Origin: an uncultured Acidimicrobiaceae bacterium
GTDB lineage: Bacteria > Actinomycetota > Acidimicrobiia > Acidimicrobiales > RAAP-2
Length of the DNA: 64,000 nucleotides
Direction: 5' to 3'
NCBI GenBank assembly: GCA_963745955.1
Contig: CAVUZI010000001.1
Location: 31,773-95,772 of the forward strand
Positions 1 to 8,911 of the stretch are shown here, piece after piece; positions within the stretch are counted from its first letter, which is position 1; the number at the start of each line of letters is the position of its first letter. The position numbers and the translations under genes are program-made. The notes beneath the pieces were generated by a model. That model was not told the DNA's origin and did no database searches. It saw only the letters and a program-made list of their open reading frames with translations.

Positions 1-1078
1 CGGTGCCCTTACGTAGGCCGCCGATCGCTCGATTGGGTAGGGCCCCGACAGCCCGGATGGTGAGCGGCCAAATGCCTATGACCAGCCAAGAGCCGAACGC
101 GAAGACGCCGGCATGCAACCAGCCCCGGGACCGACCCGACCGCCATTCCCGAGCCAGCACACGTGCGGCGACGATACCGACGATGATCACCGCAGTGGCA
201 GCTCCTTCCAGCTTGGTCGTTCCCGCCACGGCGACCAGAATCGCTGCGGCTCCGATATTGGCTGGCTTGCTCGGCAGAACGAGTCCGAACGCAACCGCTC
301 CAACGGCAGCACCAGACCACAGTGCGTCCGCGTACCCATCCACAATGTCGGCCCCGGTGACACCGAAGGCCAGCATCACGAGGAGACCGGTCGTCACCAC
401 TCCGACCCCGAGGATCACCGCCTGTCGAATTCTCTCTTCGGTTGACAGAGCCAGTCTGCGGGCCACTTCCAGTGATGCACTGGCCGCGGCGAAAATGGCG
501 AATGTGCCCAACAGAGCCAATATCACCACGCCCAAGCGGTAGGTGTGAAGGCCGGACACGAACCAGCTCACAGCCACGGCTCCGCCTACCAATGGAGGGT
601 AAGGGGGATGGGCGAACAGCAGCGCAGGGTTGCGCAGGGCGGCGACGGTCGTTGCGTGACCATCCAGATACCACACGGGGTGCACCATCCACGTTGTCCG
701 GGCATCGTAGTTGATCATCGATGATTTGAGGGCGCTGAGACCGAACGCGCTGGCCACGATTCCTACCCCAAGGGTAGCGCTACAGAGCAACCGGGCTGGC
801 ATTCGACCGTCCTCGTGATTCCAGGGAACCGACGTGGGGTTGCGCCACCACCAGAGTGCAACGGCAATGGCAGCGAGCGAAGACAGGATGACGAACCACT
901 CGACGACACTCCCACCGAACCCGGTCATCGCCGTGACCGCGAGGCTTGCCATGAGAGCACCGGTCAACGGGATGAGTGGGATGACCACCAGCCGAGCGCG
1001 TGCCAATGCGACAGCCGGGAGCGCTCCGCCCCCGGAGAGAACCAGAAGGCCGAGTACGGCACCGGAGGCGGTGTTCAT
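1..1078 (-). CDS. Polytopic integral membrane protein, N-terminal ~359 aa only (gene runs off the left edge); possibly GT-C-like
   Basis: My own minus-strand translation. ATG at 1078-1076 opens a frame with no stop down to position 1. It is missing from the ORF track because there is no stop in the window. The product begins MNTASGAVLGLLVLSGGGALPAVALARARLVVIPLIPLTGALMASLAVTAMTGF... and continues as consecutive hydrophobic helices. The start overlaps the upstream stop as ATGA (1075-1078). Confidence 0.55.
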   Translation of the reverse strand, partial: MNTASGAVLGLLVLSGGGALPAVALARARLVVIPLIPLTGALMASLAVTAMTGFGGSVVEWFVILSSLAAIAVALWWWRNPTSVPWNHEDGRMPARLLCSATLGVGIVASAFGLSALKSSMINYDARTTWMVHPVWYLDGHATTVAALRNPALLFAHPPYPPLVGGAVAVSWFVSGLHTYRLGVVILALLGTFAIFAAASASLEVARRLALSTEERIRQAVILGVGVVTTGLLVMLAFGVTGADIVDGYADALWSGAAVGAVAFGLVLPSKPANIGAAAILVAVAGTTKLEGAATAVIIVGIVAARVLAREWRSGRSRGWLHAGVFAFGSWLVIGIWPLTIRAVGALPNRAIGGLRKGT

Positions 1079-1614
1079 GGCCTCTGGTCCGGAAGTGGGA
1101 GTGAACCGGTCAATGAGCCCGACCCGAAGCGGACAGCGCCGCCAGGTGCCACAGCTTTCACCCTCACGCCGAGACAGCCGTCGGGCTGGTGGGCGCGGAC
1201 AAGGTAGAGCCTAACCACGCCGGTCGATCGGTAGGCCAGCGGTGCATACGGGGCGACGACCTTCTCCAGCGTGATGGCATCGCGAGTTCCGTTCGGAGTG
1301 TATTGGCTGACCCATACCCGCTTTCCACTCGGGACAAGGCCTTCGACCTGATGGGTGAGGCACGAGAAATAGGCATCGTCCAGGTTCCAGTGGGCCACGT
1401 TGCTGGAGGACCGTAGCGAGATCGTAAAGGCGACCCCAGATCTGATCTCGACGAGGAAGGCCGATGCGGTCACCAGCACAACTAACGCCATGGCGACGCT
1501 GGCCGAAATGGCACGCCAGTGTGGCGTATCGGCATCGAGGGGCACCGACTGAGAATGCGTAGGGGGCCCAACAGGCGAGGATCCGTCCGTGGAAGCCGCA
1601 CTGACCTCATCCAT
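1075..1614 (-). CDS. Hypothetical single-pass membrane-anchored protein
   Basis: C-terminal 179 aa of track ORF 1075..1977(-). Start taken at MDEVSAAS (ATG 1614); ATG 1725 is also possible. One hydrophobic helix (ISASVAMALVVLVTASAFLV) is followed by a soluble, beta-rich looking domain. The stop is coupled to the next gene by ATGA. Confidence 0.4.
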   Translation of the reverse strand: MDEVSAASTDGSSPVGPPTHSQSVPLDADTPHWRAISASVAMALVVLVTASAFLVEIRSGVAFTISLRSSSNVAHWNLDDAYFSCLTHQVEGLVPSGKRVWVSQYTPNGTRDAITLEKVVAPYAPLAYRSTGVVRLYLVRAHQPDGCLGVRVKAVAPGGAVRFGSGSLTGSLPLPDQRP

Positions 1615-2087
1615 CGACAAAGCGTACCAAACCGGCTGGAATTTTCGGCCCCGGGGCGGCTGTCGGGCGCATCGATGTCGGCGCCTCAACCGGCTCCATC
1701 GGGCATATTCCGGTCCACCCGGCATCCAATGCAAACGCTCGGGTGCAGTGAGCGCTTCGGATGCTGAATCCAAATCGTCTGCGACTGCCAGACCGCCGTT
1801 CCCGACCGTCACGGCGCAGTTGCTGGTGCGGAATCGCGCTCGTGGTACCGACTGTGGTCGTGTTCGCACTTCTCGTGGCTTCGTTGGAAGATTCCAACGT
1901 CTCTTGAAGGCCTTCGTGTCGCCGTAAGTCCTTTGGACTGGCTTCAGAGACGTTCCGATTTCCGTGTCTGTTGGCAATGTTCAGAACAGGCTCGCCCGTC
2001 CTTTCCAAGACCGAAGCTGCGGCCCAGTTACAGTATTATGCGGGCATGGCTGATCTGGCGAGCACGAGCTCTTTGAGGAGGCCGCGG

Positions 2088-3404
2088 ATGGATCCGCGCA
2101 CCTCAATGTGGCTGAAGTTGATTGCCGGAGCCGTGGCCATCGTGTTATGGGGTTTGTTCTTCGATGATTTGGCACGTGTCGGTCGATGGATATTCGACGC
2201 GGGCGATCTTGCCCGGGGAAACTTTCCTCTCGAAGATTTGCAGGCGCGATACCGCGACGGCCATATTGCGCTGGTTCACGGCAATTTGTACGGAATCCAT
2301 TGGGAAACGACCACCTATCCGCCGCTTACGGCGTATCTATTCGTTCCATTTCGACTCATAGGACTGCGCGCCACGATGACCTTGTGGACGGTTGCGAATA
2401 TGATTGCGCTCGCCACTATCTTCGCAGTGTCGTTGCACCGTTGGTGCCACGTGTCCGCAGTCGATGCCTGGTTCGTATCCGCTACAGGTTTGGCGCCCGC
2501 CGGCATCTTTGCTCTCTACCCATTTCGATCTCTGCTGCTCTGGGGTCAGATGGGTGTGTTCCTCATGCTTCTCGTGTTTTTGGACCTCTTTGTCGTTCCG
2601 AAGCGATACCGCGGATTCTTGATCGGGATTGCATCGGCCATCAAGCTTTTGCCCGCGATATTCGTCGTCTGGCTGATCGTCAAGCGGGAGATCCCCGCTG
2701 TTGTCCGAGCAGCGGTGGCTTTTGTTCTGCTGACCCTGTTCGCTGCAGCCCTGTGGCCACATGCTTCAGCGGAGTACTGGTTCCACGTGCTCCCGTCGGT
2801 GCGGGTCGGACGCATTGTCGCGGTGTCTCCGTCCCGGTGGGTCGAAGGAGTGGGGAAGCTGTCCGACCAGTCGATCCGGGGAATGTTCGGGCGGCCTCCG
2901 TTCCTTTGGCTCAAGACGTTTCCGTGGTTGCCCGTCGCGTTGATCGTGCTCGCGGGCGGTATCGCGGTGGTGGTCCAGTTCATCAAGCATGGTCGGGAGC
3001 TTGCTGCTTTCATCCTGTTGTCGCTGGTGACCGAGCTCGTGAGTCCGGTCAGCTGGCTGCACTACTGGGTGTTCGTTGGACTTGCTCCTCTGCTCGCCAT
3101 CGTGGAATGGCGTCGCGACCGTCCGCTGGCAATCGCGTCCATCATCTTGGCGCTCTCTACGTGTGCAAACTTGGACAACGAGATCCTGGTGAAGCGACCC
3201 TTCACCACGATGGCCCCTGTCATGCTGTTCATAGTCAGAAACCTCTATGTCCTCGGCGGACTCACGTTTCTGGCCATTGCCGCCTGGCGGGCGTACAAAT
3301 TGGCAACGGTCAGAGAAGGTGGAGGGCTGAATGATGACGATGGGGTAGGTCGAACTGAGGATACTGCCCTGATTGAGAGCGACGGTGCCGTTGTCGGCGC
3401 CTGA
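2088..3404 (+). CDS. GT87 (DUF2029) family membrane glycosyltransferase, paralogue 1
   Basis: Track ORF 1971..3404. Start moved to ATG 2088 (MDPRTSMWLKLIAGAVAIVLWG) by alignment with the downstream paralogue. About 10 hydrophobic helices. The first-loop pattern EDLQARYRDGHIALVHGNLYG...TTYPPLTAYLFVPF resembles the DLxxY..G.LY..TYPP..A.LF.P signature of GT87 polyprenol-phosphate-mannose-dependent transferases (PimE-like). Confidence 0.7.
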   Translation: MDPRTSMWLKLIAGAVAIVLWGLFFDDLARVGRWIFDAGDLARGNFPLEDLQARYRDGHIALVHGNLYGIHWETTTYPPLTAYLFVPFRLIGLRATMTLWTVANMIALATIFAVSLHRWCHVSAVDAWFVSATGLAPAGIFALYPFRSLLLWGQMGVFLMLLVFLDLFVVPKRYRGFLIGIASAIKLLPAIFVVWLIVKREIPAVVRAAVAFVLLTLFAAALWPHASAEYWFHVLPSVRVGRIVAVSPSRWVEGVGKLSDQSIRGMFGRPPFLWLKTFPWLPVALIVLAGGIAVVVQFIKHGRELAAFILLSLVTELVSPVSWLHYWVFVGLAPLLAIVEWRRDRPLAIASIILALSTCANLDNEILVKRPFTTMAPVMLFIVRNLYVLGGLTFLAIAAWRAYKLATVREGGGLNDDDGVGRTEDTALIESDGAVVGA

Positions 3405-3459
3405 CGCATCTCTTTGGCAGAGCAAGCCGAACTGCCGGAGCCGGCGCGGGAGTGGGTGA

Positions 3460-4770
3460 ATGGCGCGCCGCACCGCGGAGCCCTGGCTGAAGATCCTGGG
3501 CGGAGCCGTCGCGATCGTCTTGTGGGGACTGTTCTTCTCGGATCTGGCCAGCATCGGCAAATGGATCTTCGATTCGAGTTTCGTTCAGTCGTACCGACCA
3601 CTCGCCGATCTGCAAGCTCGGTACCGCGACGCCCATACCGTTCTCGTGCACGGCAATCTCTATGCCATTCATGCCGAAACCAGCAGCTATCCGCCGATCG
3701 TGGCGTATCTGTTCGTACCATTCCGGCTGATAGGTCTGCGCTCGACGATGACTCTGTGGACCGTCGGCAATCTGGTGGGGCTTGCCGTCACCTTCGCCGT
3801 CACACTGCGCAGGTGGCTCAATGTTCCCGCAGTGGACGCCTGGTTCGTCTCTGCAGCCGGCTTGGCACCTGCGGCCATCTTCGCGTTCTACCCGTACAGG
3901 TCTGTGCTCCTGTGGGGACAGGTTGGGGTGTTCCTGATGCTTCTCGTATTCCTGGACCTCTTTGTGGTACCGCAGCGTTATCGGGGCCTCCTGATCGGCG
4001 TGGCAACGGCGATCAAGCTGCTGCCGGTGCTGTTTCTGATCTGGTTCATCGCCAAACGCGAGGTATCCGCTGCCGTACGGACCGTTGCGGCGTTCGCCGT
4101 GCTGACACTGTTGGCAGCCGCTTTGTGGCCGCACGCTTCGGCTCACTATTGGTTCCATGTTCTACCTTCAGGACGGGTCGGAAAAATCGCCGTGGTCTCC
4201 CCATCGAATTGGGTTCGCGGAGTCGGCACACTCGCCGATCAGTCACTTCGAGGAATGCTCGGTCGACCCCCCTTTCTCTGGGTCCACATCTTCCCCTGGG
4301 TCCTTGTCGCACTTCTCGTACTCGGCGCGGGATTCGCGGCGACGACTCGATTCATCAAAGAAGGGCGCGAGCTGGCAGCCTTCCTGTTGCTATCGGTCAT
4401 CACCGTATTGGTCAGTCCGGTGAGCTGGCTCCACTATTGGGCTTTCATCGGATTAGCTCCATTCCTTGCCATTGTGGAGTGGAGACGCGATCGGCCTTTG
4501 GCCATTTCTTCCCTTGTGCTTGCCCTCTCCACGTGCGCCAATCTGGAGAACAAAGTATTGATTGCAGCCCCGGTCACGACGATGGCGCCGATTGTGCTCT
4601 TCGTCATACGGAATCTCTATGTGATCGGTGGACTGCAATTCGTAGTGGTGGCCACTCAACGAGCCTTCAGCACGCTTGCGGTTTCGGGTGACGTCGACCC
4701 GTTGGACGGCGAAGAACCTGGACCGGCTCAGCGGCGCGCGACGGTGAACGATCCGACGCGCATCACGTAA
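3460..4770 (+). CDS. GT87 (DUF2029) family membrane glycosyltransferase, paralogue 2
   Basis: Track ORF 3460..4770 (436 aa). Collinear with the preceding gene, with about two thirds of positions identical by eye. It has the same motifs: ADLQARYRDAHTVLVHGNLYA...SSYPPIVAYLFVPF, AIKLLP, VSPVSWLHYW, EWRRDRPLAI. Confidence 0.7.
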   Translation: MARRTAEPWLKILGGAVAIVLWGLFFSDLASIGKWIFDSSFVQSYRPLADLQARYRDAHTVLVHGNLYAIHAETSSYPPIVAYLFVPFRLIGLRSTMTLWTVGNLVGLAVTFAVTLRRWLNVPAVDAWFVSAAGLAPAAIFAFYPYRSVLLWGQVGVFLMLLVFLDLFVVPQRYRGLLIGVATAIKLLPVLFLIWFIAKREVSAAVRTVAAFAVLTLLAAALWPHASAHYWFHVLPSGRVGKIAVVSPSNWVRGVGTLADQSLRGMLGRPPFLWVHIFPWVLVALLVLGAGFAATTRFIKEGRELAAFLLLSVITVLVSPVSWLHYWAFIGLAPFLAIVEWRRDRPLAISSLVLALSTCANLENKVLIAAPVTTMAPIVLFVIRNLYVIGGLQFVVVATQRAFSTLAVSGDVDPLDGEEPGPAQRRATVNDPTRIT

Positions 4771-4913
4771 CCCAAAGGAGTGGTGTCTGCGTCGAAATCA
4801 CCGGTAAGCGTTCTTTCGACGCCGGACGAGACCGACGAAGCCCGGAGATTGGCGGCAGCAGTGGGAGTGCGAGCCCCGTGTAGTATCCAACTCGTGTTAG
4901 GGCAGGATCCGGC

Positions 4914-7328
4914 GTGACGGAGACACTAGATCTCGAAGCCGAGCTCAACGTTGGTGAAACTGCCGATCGGCATGCCCGTCGACTGCGTCGGTGGATTCCC
5001 GACATCCTTGGGATTGGCTGGGTCATCGCCGCGGCGGCCGCCGTGATGATCCCGGCTCTGGCTCACGGATCGTCACTTGGGCCCATTGGGAGTTTGTCGA
5101 ACGCCGGATTCAGCCAGGCCCGTCGAAGCCTCACCCACGGTCAGCCAGTCAGCGATCAACTGACGTTGTTCATCCCTTGGACGTCGTTGGCCTGGACCCA
5201 GGTTCACCACGGTCAACTGCCCTTGTGGAATCCCTACAGCGTGCTGGGGATGCCTCTGGCCTTCAATTGGGAATCAGCGCCGTTTGGGCTTCCCGCCCTG
5301 ATCGGTTACCTCGTTCCACTCAACGATGCCTACACGGCGGGGGTGCTTCTCACGCTGGTCATGGCCGGGGTCGGCGTGTACGTGCTGGCCCGGGTGCTGG
5401 GCCTCAGCCCGCTGGCTTGCGTCATGGCCGCCACGGTCTACGAGCTCTCTGGCCGGTTCATGGCGACGCTGGGTTGGTCGCTCGGGTCGGTGATGTCCTG
5501 GGCGGGTTGGTTGTTCGCCGCCGCGATACTTGTCGGCCGCGGGCGCCACCGCTGGCGCGACATTTCCTTCTTCGCCATCGTGATCGCCTTGATGGTGTAC
5601 TCAGGTTACCCCGAGGGTGTGATCATCCTCTGCGTGGCCCTCGGCGTGTTCCTTGCAGTCCTTATTGGGGTCCGTGCGCTCCAGCCGGGGAAGTGGGGGC
5701 CGATCAGGCGACCCGTCGGAGATCTCCTGGTGGCGACAGTTGCTGGAGCCGGGCTTTCCCTGCCGCTCGCCCTGCCCGGTCTCCAGGTTGTCGACGGCTC
5801 GAGTCGGAACGGGAAGATCGGGATCGCCACCCAGACGCTTGGTTCGCACTTCGTAAAGAACTTGTTCATCCAAGGTTTTGACGGGCTGAAGGGGAGCCAC
5901 AGTACGTATTTCGGGCCTCACACGGACGGCTCGACCGTGATCTACGTTGGGGTCATCGCTGCCGTACTGGCAGTGGTGGCGGTGGCGATCCGCTGGCGTC
6001 AACCGATGGTGCTGGCCTTCTGCACCGTCTCCATCGTCATGGCTGGGCTCGTCTTCGTCGCTCCGCTGGCCTCGGTCATCGATCACCTTCCCGAGGTCGG
6101 GAGTGTCCGGCTGTACGACGCATTGGGACCGTTGGCGCTTGCCATCGCTGTGCTGTCCGGTGTCGGGATTGATGTCCTTGTGTCCTCACATCGACAACGA
6201 GCGGTCCAATACTGGGCAGGCGCTGGATTCGCTGCGGTGGGGTTCGTGTTGCTGGCGGTATGGGTGTTCAGTAGGGGTCATCTGCCGCCTGTCGACGCAG
6301 CAATACGGAACCGCAGCTTCATCTGGCCCGCCATCGAGACAGCGTTTGGGCTCGCGGTGATCGGAGTGCTTGTCGTTGCGGGCCGGCGCACCAACCGATC
6401 TCCGAACGGGAGAGATGGATCATGGCCGGCTATCGGGCGCTTCGCGGCTGCAGCGTTGCTGGTCTGCGAAACTGCATTTCTCGTGACTGCGGGCATACAT
6501 ACATTCTCGTCAAGTCCGTCGTCGCTGAAGCCAACGCCTGACGACATCGCACTTCGCCACGCCATCGGGCCTTCAATCGTAGGTCTAGGAATGTCCTGCA
6601 CTCACACCCAGACGCTGGGAATCGTCCTCAACGTCAATGTGGCCTTTCAGATTCAGGAATTTGGGGCCTATGACCCGACGGTTCCGTACGATTACGTGAC
6701 GGCGTGGGCCGCCGCCACGCGAAAGCACACCCCCGGTCCGGCCGGGAGTCCGGTGGTCCACCCATGGAGCAATGTGTTCTGCCCAAAGGTGGGCACTGCC
6801 GGCGCGGCCCGGACGTTCGGTATCGGGTTCGTCCTGGAGCACCTGGGTTCGCCTGGCCCGCGGGGTGCTGTGTTCGACAGACGGATAGGGAGCGAGAACC
6901 TCTATCGGATCCCAGACGTGGCGGCGGCGACTTTGACTCGACTGCCGCCGAACGGGCATCTGCCGGCGGACAGCGCCGAGGGCACGCCCGTCTCCGTCAC
7001 CCATCCAGATCCCGCTTCGTGGAAAGTCGTGACCCATGCCGCCACTCCTCAGGTCCTCCGGCTGCACCTCACTGATTTGCCGGGATGGCACGGCACCATC
7101 GACGGCCGCCCACTCCCTCTGACCACGTACGGGGGCATCATGCTCCAGGCCAGGATCCCACCCGGCCGGCACGTCATCGAATTGAACTACTGGCCTGACG
7201 CATTCAGCGTTGGGATCATTCTGGCTGTGGTTACCGCCATCGTCCTCATATCTGGGGTAGCCACAGAGGGCGTGCGGCGTCGGAAGAGGGGCCGCAGCAC
7301 AAGCACCGACCTTGCCTCGTCGGGATGA
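4914..7328 (+). CDS. YfhO-family large polytopic membrane protein (putative glycosyltransferase)
   Basis: Track ORF 4914..7328 (804 aa, GTG start) with many TM helices. N-terminal QLPLWNPYSVLGMPL motif. C-terminal DLPGWHGTIDGRPLPL...GRHVIELNYWPDAF followed by a final TM helix. This is the typical YfhO architecture. Confidence 0.65.
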   Translation: MTETLDLEAELNVGETADRHARRLRRWIPDILGIGWVIAAAAAVMIPALAHGSSLGPIGSLSNAGFSQARRSLTHGQPVSDQLTLFIPWTSLAWTQVHHGQLPLWNPYSVLGMPLAFNWESAPFGLPALIGYLVPLNDAYTAGVLLTLVMAGVGVYVLARVLGLSPLACVMAATVYELSGRFMATLGWSLGSVMSWAGWLFAAAILVGRGRHRWRDISFFAIVIALMVYSGYPEGVIILCVALGVFLAVLIGVRALQPGKWGPIRRPVGDLLVATVAGAGLSLPLALPGLQVVDGSSRNGKIGIATQTLGSHFVKNLFIQGFDGLKGSHSTYFGPHTDGSTVIYVGVIAAVLAVVAVAIRWRQPMVLAFCTVSIVMAGLVFVAPLASVIDHLPEVGSVRLYDALGPLALAIAVLSGVGIDVLVSSHRQRAVQYWAGAGFAAVGFVLLAVWVFSRGHLPPVDAAIRNRSFIWPAIETAFGLAVIGVLVVAGRRTNRSPNGRDGSWPAIGRFAAAALLVCETAFLVTAGIHTFSSSPSSLKPTPDDIALRHAIGPSIVGLGMSCTHTQTLGIVLNVNVAFQIQEFGAYDPTVPYDYVTAWAAATRKHTPGPAGSPVVHPWSNVFCPKVGTAGAARTFGIGFVLEHLGSPGPRGAVFDRRIGSENLYRIPDVAAATLTRLPPNGHLPADSAEGTPVSVTHPDPASWKVVTHAATPQVLRLHLTDLPGWHGTIDGRPLPLTTYGGIMLQARIPPGRHVIELNYWPDAFSVGIILAVVTAIVLISGVATEGVRRRKRGRSTSTDLASSG

Positions 7329-7585
7329 TGCCGCAGATGTGACGGTGGTTTCCGGAATCAGTCTGCCGTTCCCTTGCAATCATGCAGACGTCAGGCCGGT
7401 ATGCACAACGGCTTGCCGGGGCGTCGACCGTCGACAACCAGCCGCGGGCTCCCAGGACGGCGGGTGCGGCCAGCGAGGCGTGGAGTCGAACCGGAGTGAG
7501 GATCGACCGGTCCGCCGCTTTCACCCGGCTCCTCTCACCTGCTCCTTTTCGATCGGATCCGGCGTGCATTAGCGTCACGGGCACC

Positions 7586-8245
7586 ATGGGTCTGTTCGCA
7601 AACCGCAGGGTCAACAGCTACTTGAAGGACATCGATCGTGCTGCCTGGTCGGCCGCTCAGGCACAGCCGAAGGGTTCACCAGAATCGGCGTTCTACTTCG
7701 GAGTTGTGTCAGCAGCCAGGCAACGCCTGGGCACCGAGCCGCGGCCAACCAATAGGCAGACGTGGTTGTATTCCGTGCTCCCCTCAATGGCACACGGCTG
7801 GGTGTTCGCGACTGAGCAAATCGTGCGTAACACAGAAGAGTGGGATCCAGCGTTTCAGTTTGTTCTGCCTCTGCCGCCGGAAACGAAGCTCTACAACCGT
7901 GGGAGACTGCGCACCTCCAGAACGATCTGGCACGACAGTGTCGACGATTTCGATTATGCGTTGCGTCTACTCGGGCGGGCTTCGTCGAAAACCGGAAAAC
8001 GGGATGAGGCGGTCACGCGGCTCAACAATGCCCGAGAGGGCTTCGCTCATCTCTGGCCCCGAATGAGTTGGAGAGATTCCACTTTCGGGCGTTCGCTTGT
8101 GGCTCAGTGCCAGCACGTCATCCTGACCATCACGATAGGCGACCCGGCTCGGCTGCAACAGGAGAAGGACAAAGCCGCGTCGTTGTTGGCGACAGCGAAG
8201 CGATGTTCGCCCGCTTGGAGTTGGTCGGTGGATAACGAATACTGA
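7586..8245 (+). CDS. Hypothetical soluble protein (orphan, no recognisable domain)
   Basis: Track ORF 7382..8245. Start taken at ATG 7586 (MGLFANRRVNSYLKD...). The codon composition looks coding and the G+C is noticeably lower than the window average. I recognise no motif. Confidence 0.4.
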   Translation: MGLFANRRVNSYLKDIDRAAWSAAQAQPKGSPESAFYFGVVSAARQRLGTEPRPTNRQTWLYSVLPSMAHGWVFATEQIVRNTEEWDPAFQFVLPLPPETKLYNRGRLRTSRTIWHDSVDDFDYALRLLGRASSKTGKRDEAVTRLNNAREGFAHLWPRMSWRDSTFGRSLVAQCQHVILTITIGDPARLQQEKDKAASLLATAKRCSPAWSWSVDNEY

Positions 8246-8911
8246 CGCTGGGTGGCCAACGCAGCCGCGCCAGAGGGCCCCCCAATCCGTCCCGCAACAT
8301 CGATGCCGACTTGGCAACCAGCGGCCAGCGAGTGCCATGCCCCGGCTGTCCTCCGGATACCGCTGAAGACCTTGACGGCGTGCCGACTCGTCTTCGGCCC
8401 GCTTCCGGCCTCGCCTGCTGGTTGCCACCGGTACCTCCACACGTTGCCGAGTTGAATCGAGGTGAGAGCGACTGGCCTCCGCTCACTCGGACCTGCAAGA
8501 TCCCGAGAACTTCGGGGTGCAGGATCTGAATTCCCACGTGTGTCCCGGGGCAGAAAGGATCGGAATGGTCCGGTCGATGGAGCGCTCGCGGGACCTGCCA
8601 CGTGCGTTGTGCAGGCTCACGCTAGCGTTTCCGCATGGGGGTGCGACTGATCCGTGATTCCTGTCCCGTTGGATCCAGCGGCAGCGTGCCCGAGTCGTAC
8701 TCTGCAGTCGACCCGGTCGCCTCGGATTCGGCCGACGCATGGTAAACGATGAGGTGATCGACTCACCCCCAGCATGGAGCGGGATCCCCCACCCGGTCAC
8801 CCACCCGGTCTGTACTTCTCAGGCAGTCGTCGTTGCCTACCTCCGTTTCGGAGTCGCCGCCTACTGGCCGTTGCTTCCGTCCATTTTGCACAAGGCCCTG
8901 AGCACGCCCAG

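Noticed and set aside
8492-8527. A bulged stem-loop (cctgca..tcccga gaac ttcgggg tgcagg) in the long gap upstream of the GT-C gene.
   Set aside because: The helix is short and imperfect, has no U-tract and shows no recognisable riboswitch features. This is too weak to call without covariance or expression data.
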